A stretch of 64,000 nt of DNA. Origin: Camelus dromedarius. Lineage: Eukaryota. The first letter of the stretch is position 1; the number at the start of each line of letters is the position of its first letter. Location of the stretch: contig NC_087437.1 of NCBI RefSeq assembly GCF_036321535.1, forward strand, positions 32,738,001 through 32,802,000. The letters run 5' to 3'. Both the position numbers and the translations under genes were made by a program. The notes beneath the pieces are model-generated. The model saw only the letters and a list, made by a program, of their open reading frames with translations. It was not told the DNA's origin and made no database searches. Positions 63,501-64,000 of this stretch are shown here, in pieces.

Positions 63501-64000
63501 TTAGAACCATGTTAGTCTTTTGATGATAGATATTTTGATGGTAACTGATATGAGTTAAAATGATGTAGATTCTAAGTGGAGGCTGTTTGCCTTACTGTCT
63601 TGCTTCCTATTTACCTCCTCGCTTCTCTTCAACCTTTTCTCTTTTTCTTTACTTGAATTTTCTGAACTTGGGTATGTTCTTGAAACAGGAATAGTAGAGT
63701 GGTGAGTAAAAACATGTGTGAAAATTTCCTGTACAAAACTTTAATCTCTCTTTCTCAAATATCCCAGTCAACGGTAGCAGTCCAGCTAAGTTGCTATGCA
63801 TGGATGGCCTGTATTTTGATATACATATCAAAAGCCTGTAGATAGTGGATACTTTTTATGAAACTTCCATTATAGAAACAGTTTTCAAAATGAGGAGTTA
63901 GTATAATGGTCTCCTCGAGCAGCAGTCAGTTATTTTTCTTTTGCTTTGTGCTTTATCCTTTTTGAGTTATCACCATGATTCATGGAGTTTTTATTTAACA

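Noticed and set aside
1..64000. CRISPR arrays, operons or prokaryotic defence systems
   Set aside because: The sequence is mammalian intron; no repeat-spacer array or dense coding structure is present.

Overview
Mammalian, AT-rich, repeat-dense intronic DNA. It is most likely from a camelid: there are two Vic-1-like tRNA-derived SINEs and I recognised no Bov-tA, BovB or PRE1. The only host coding sequence is one 174-nt internal exon (22924-23097, + strand) of the SR-like splicing gene RSRC1, so the rest of the window is read as the two flanking introns. These introns hold a young, full-length ~7.1 kb LINE-1 (47590-54689, - strand) with a 17-bp TSD and five visible ORF-disabling lesions. They also hold a 5'-truncated sister copy, processed pseudogenes of RPL29 and RPL39, an ERV1-type solo LTR, Tigger2- and MER58-type DNA transposon relics, many old L1/L2/MIR fragments, and several repeat-free, motif-dense blocks that are candidate enhancers (RSRC1 neighbours SHOX2 in other mammals). 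The best leads are: a 75-codon ORF with a splice acceptor in the L1 inter-ORF spacer that overlaps the ORF2 start; a decoy acceptor upstream of the RSRC1 exon that would give an immediate stop; and a T-box/GATA motif cluster. Repeat family names come from recognition by eye and old-repeat boundaries are approximate. No database search was run, and the sequence alone does not establish a new biological system.
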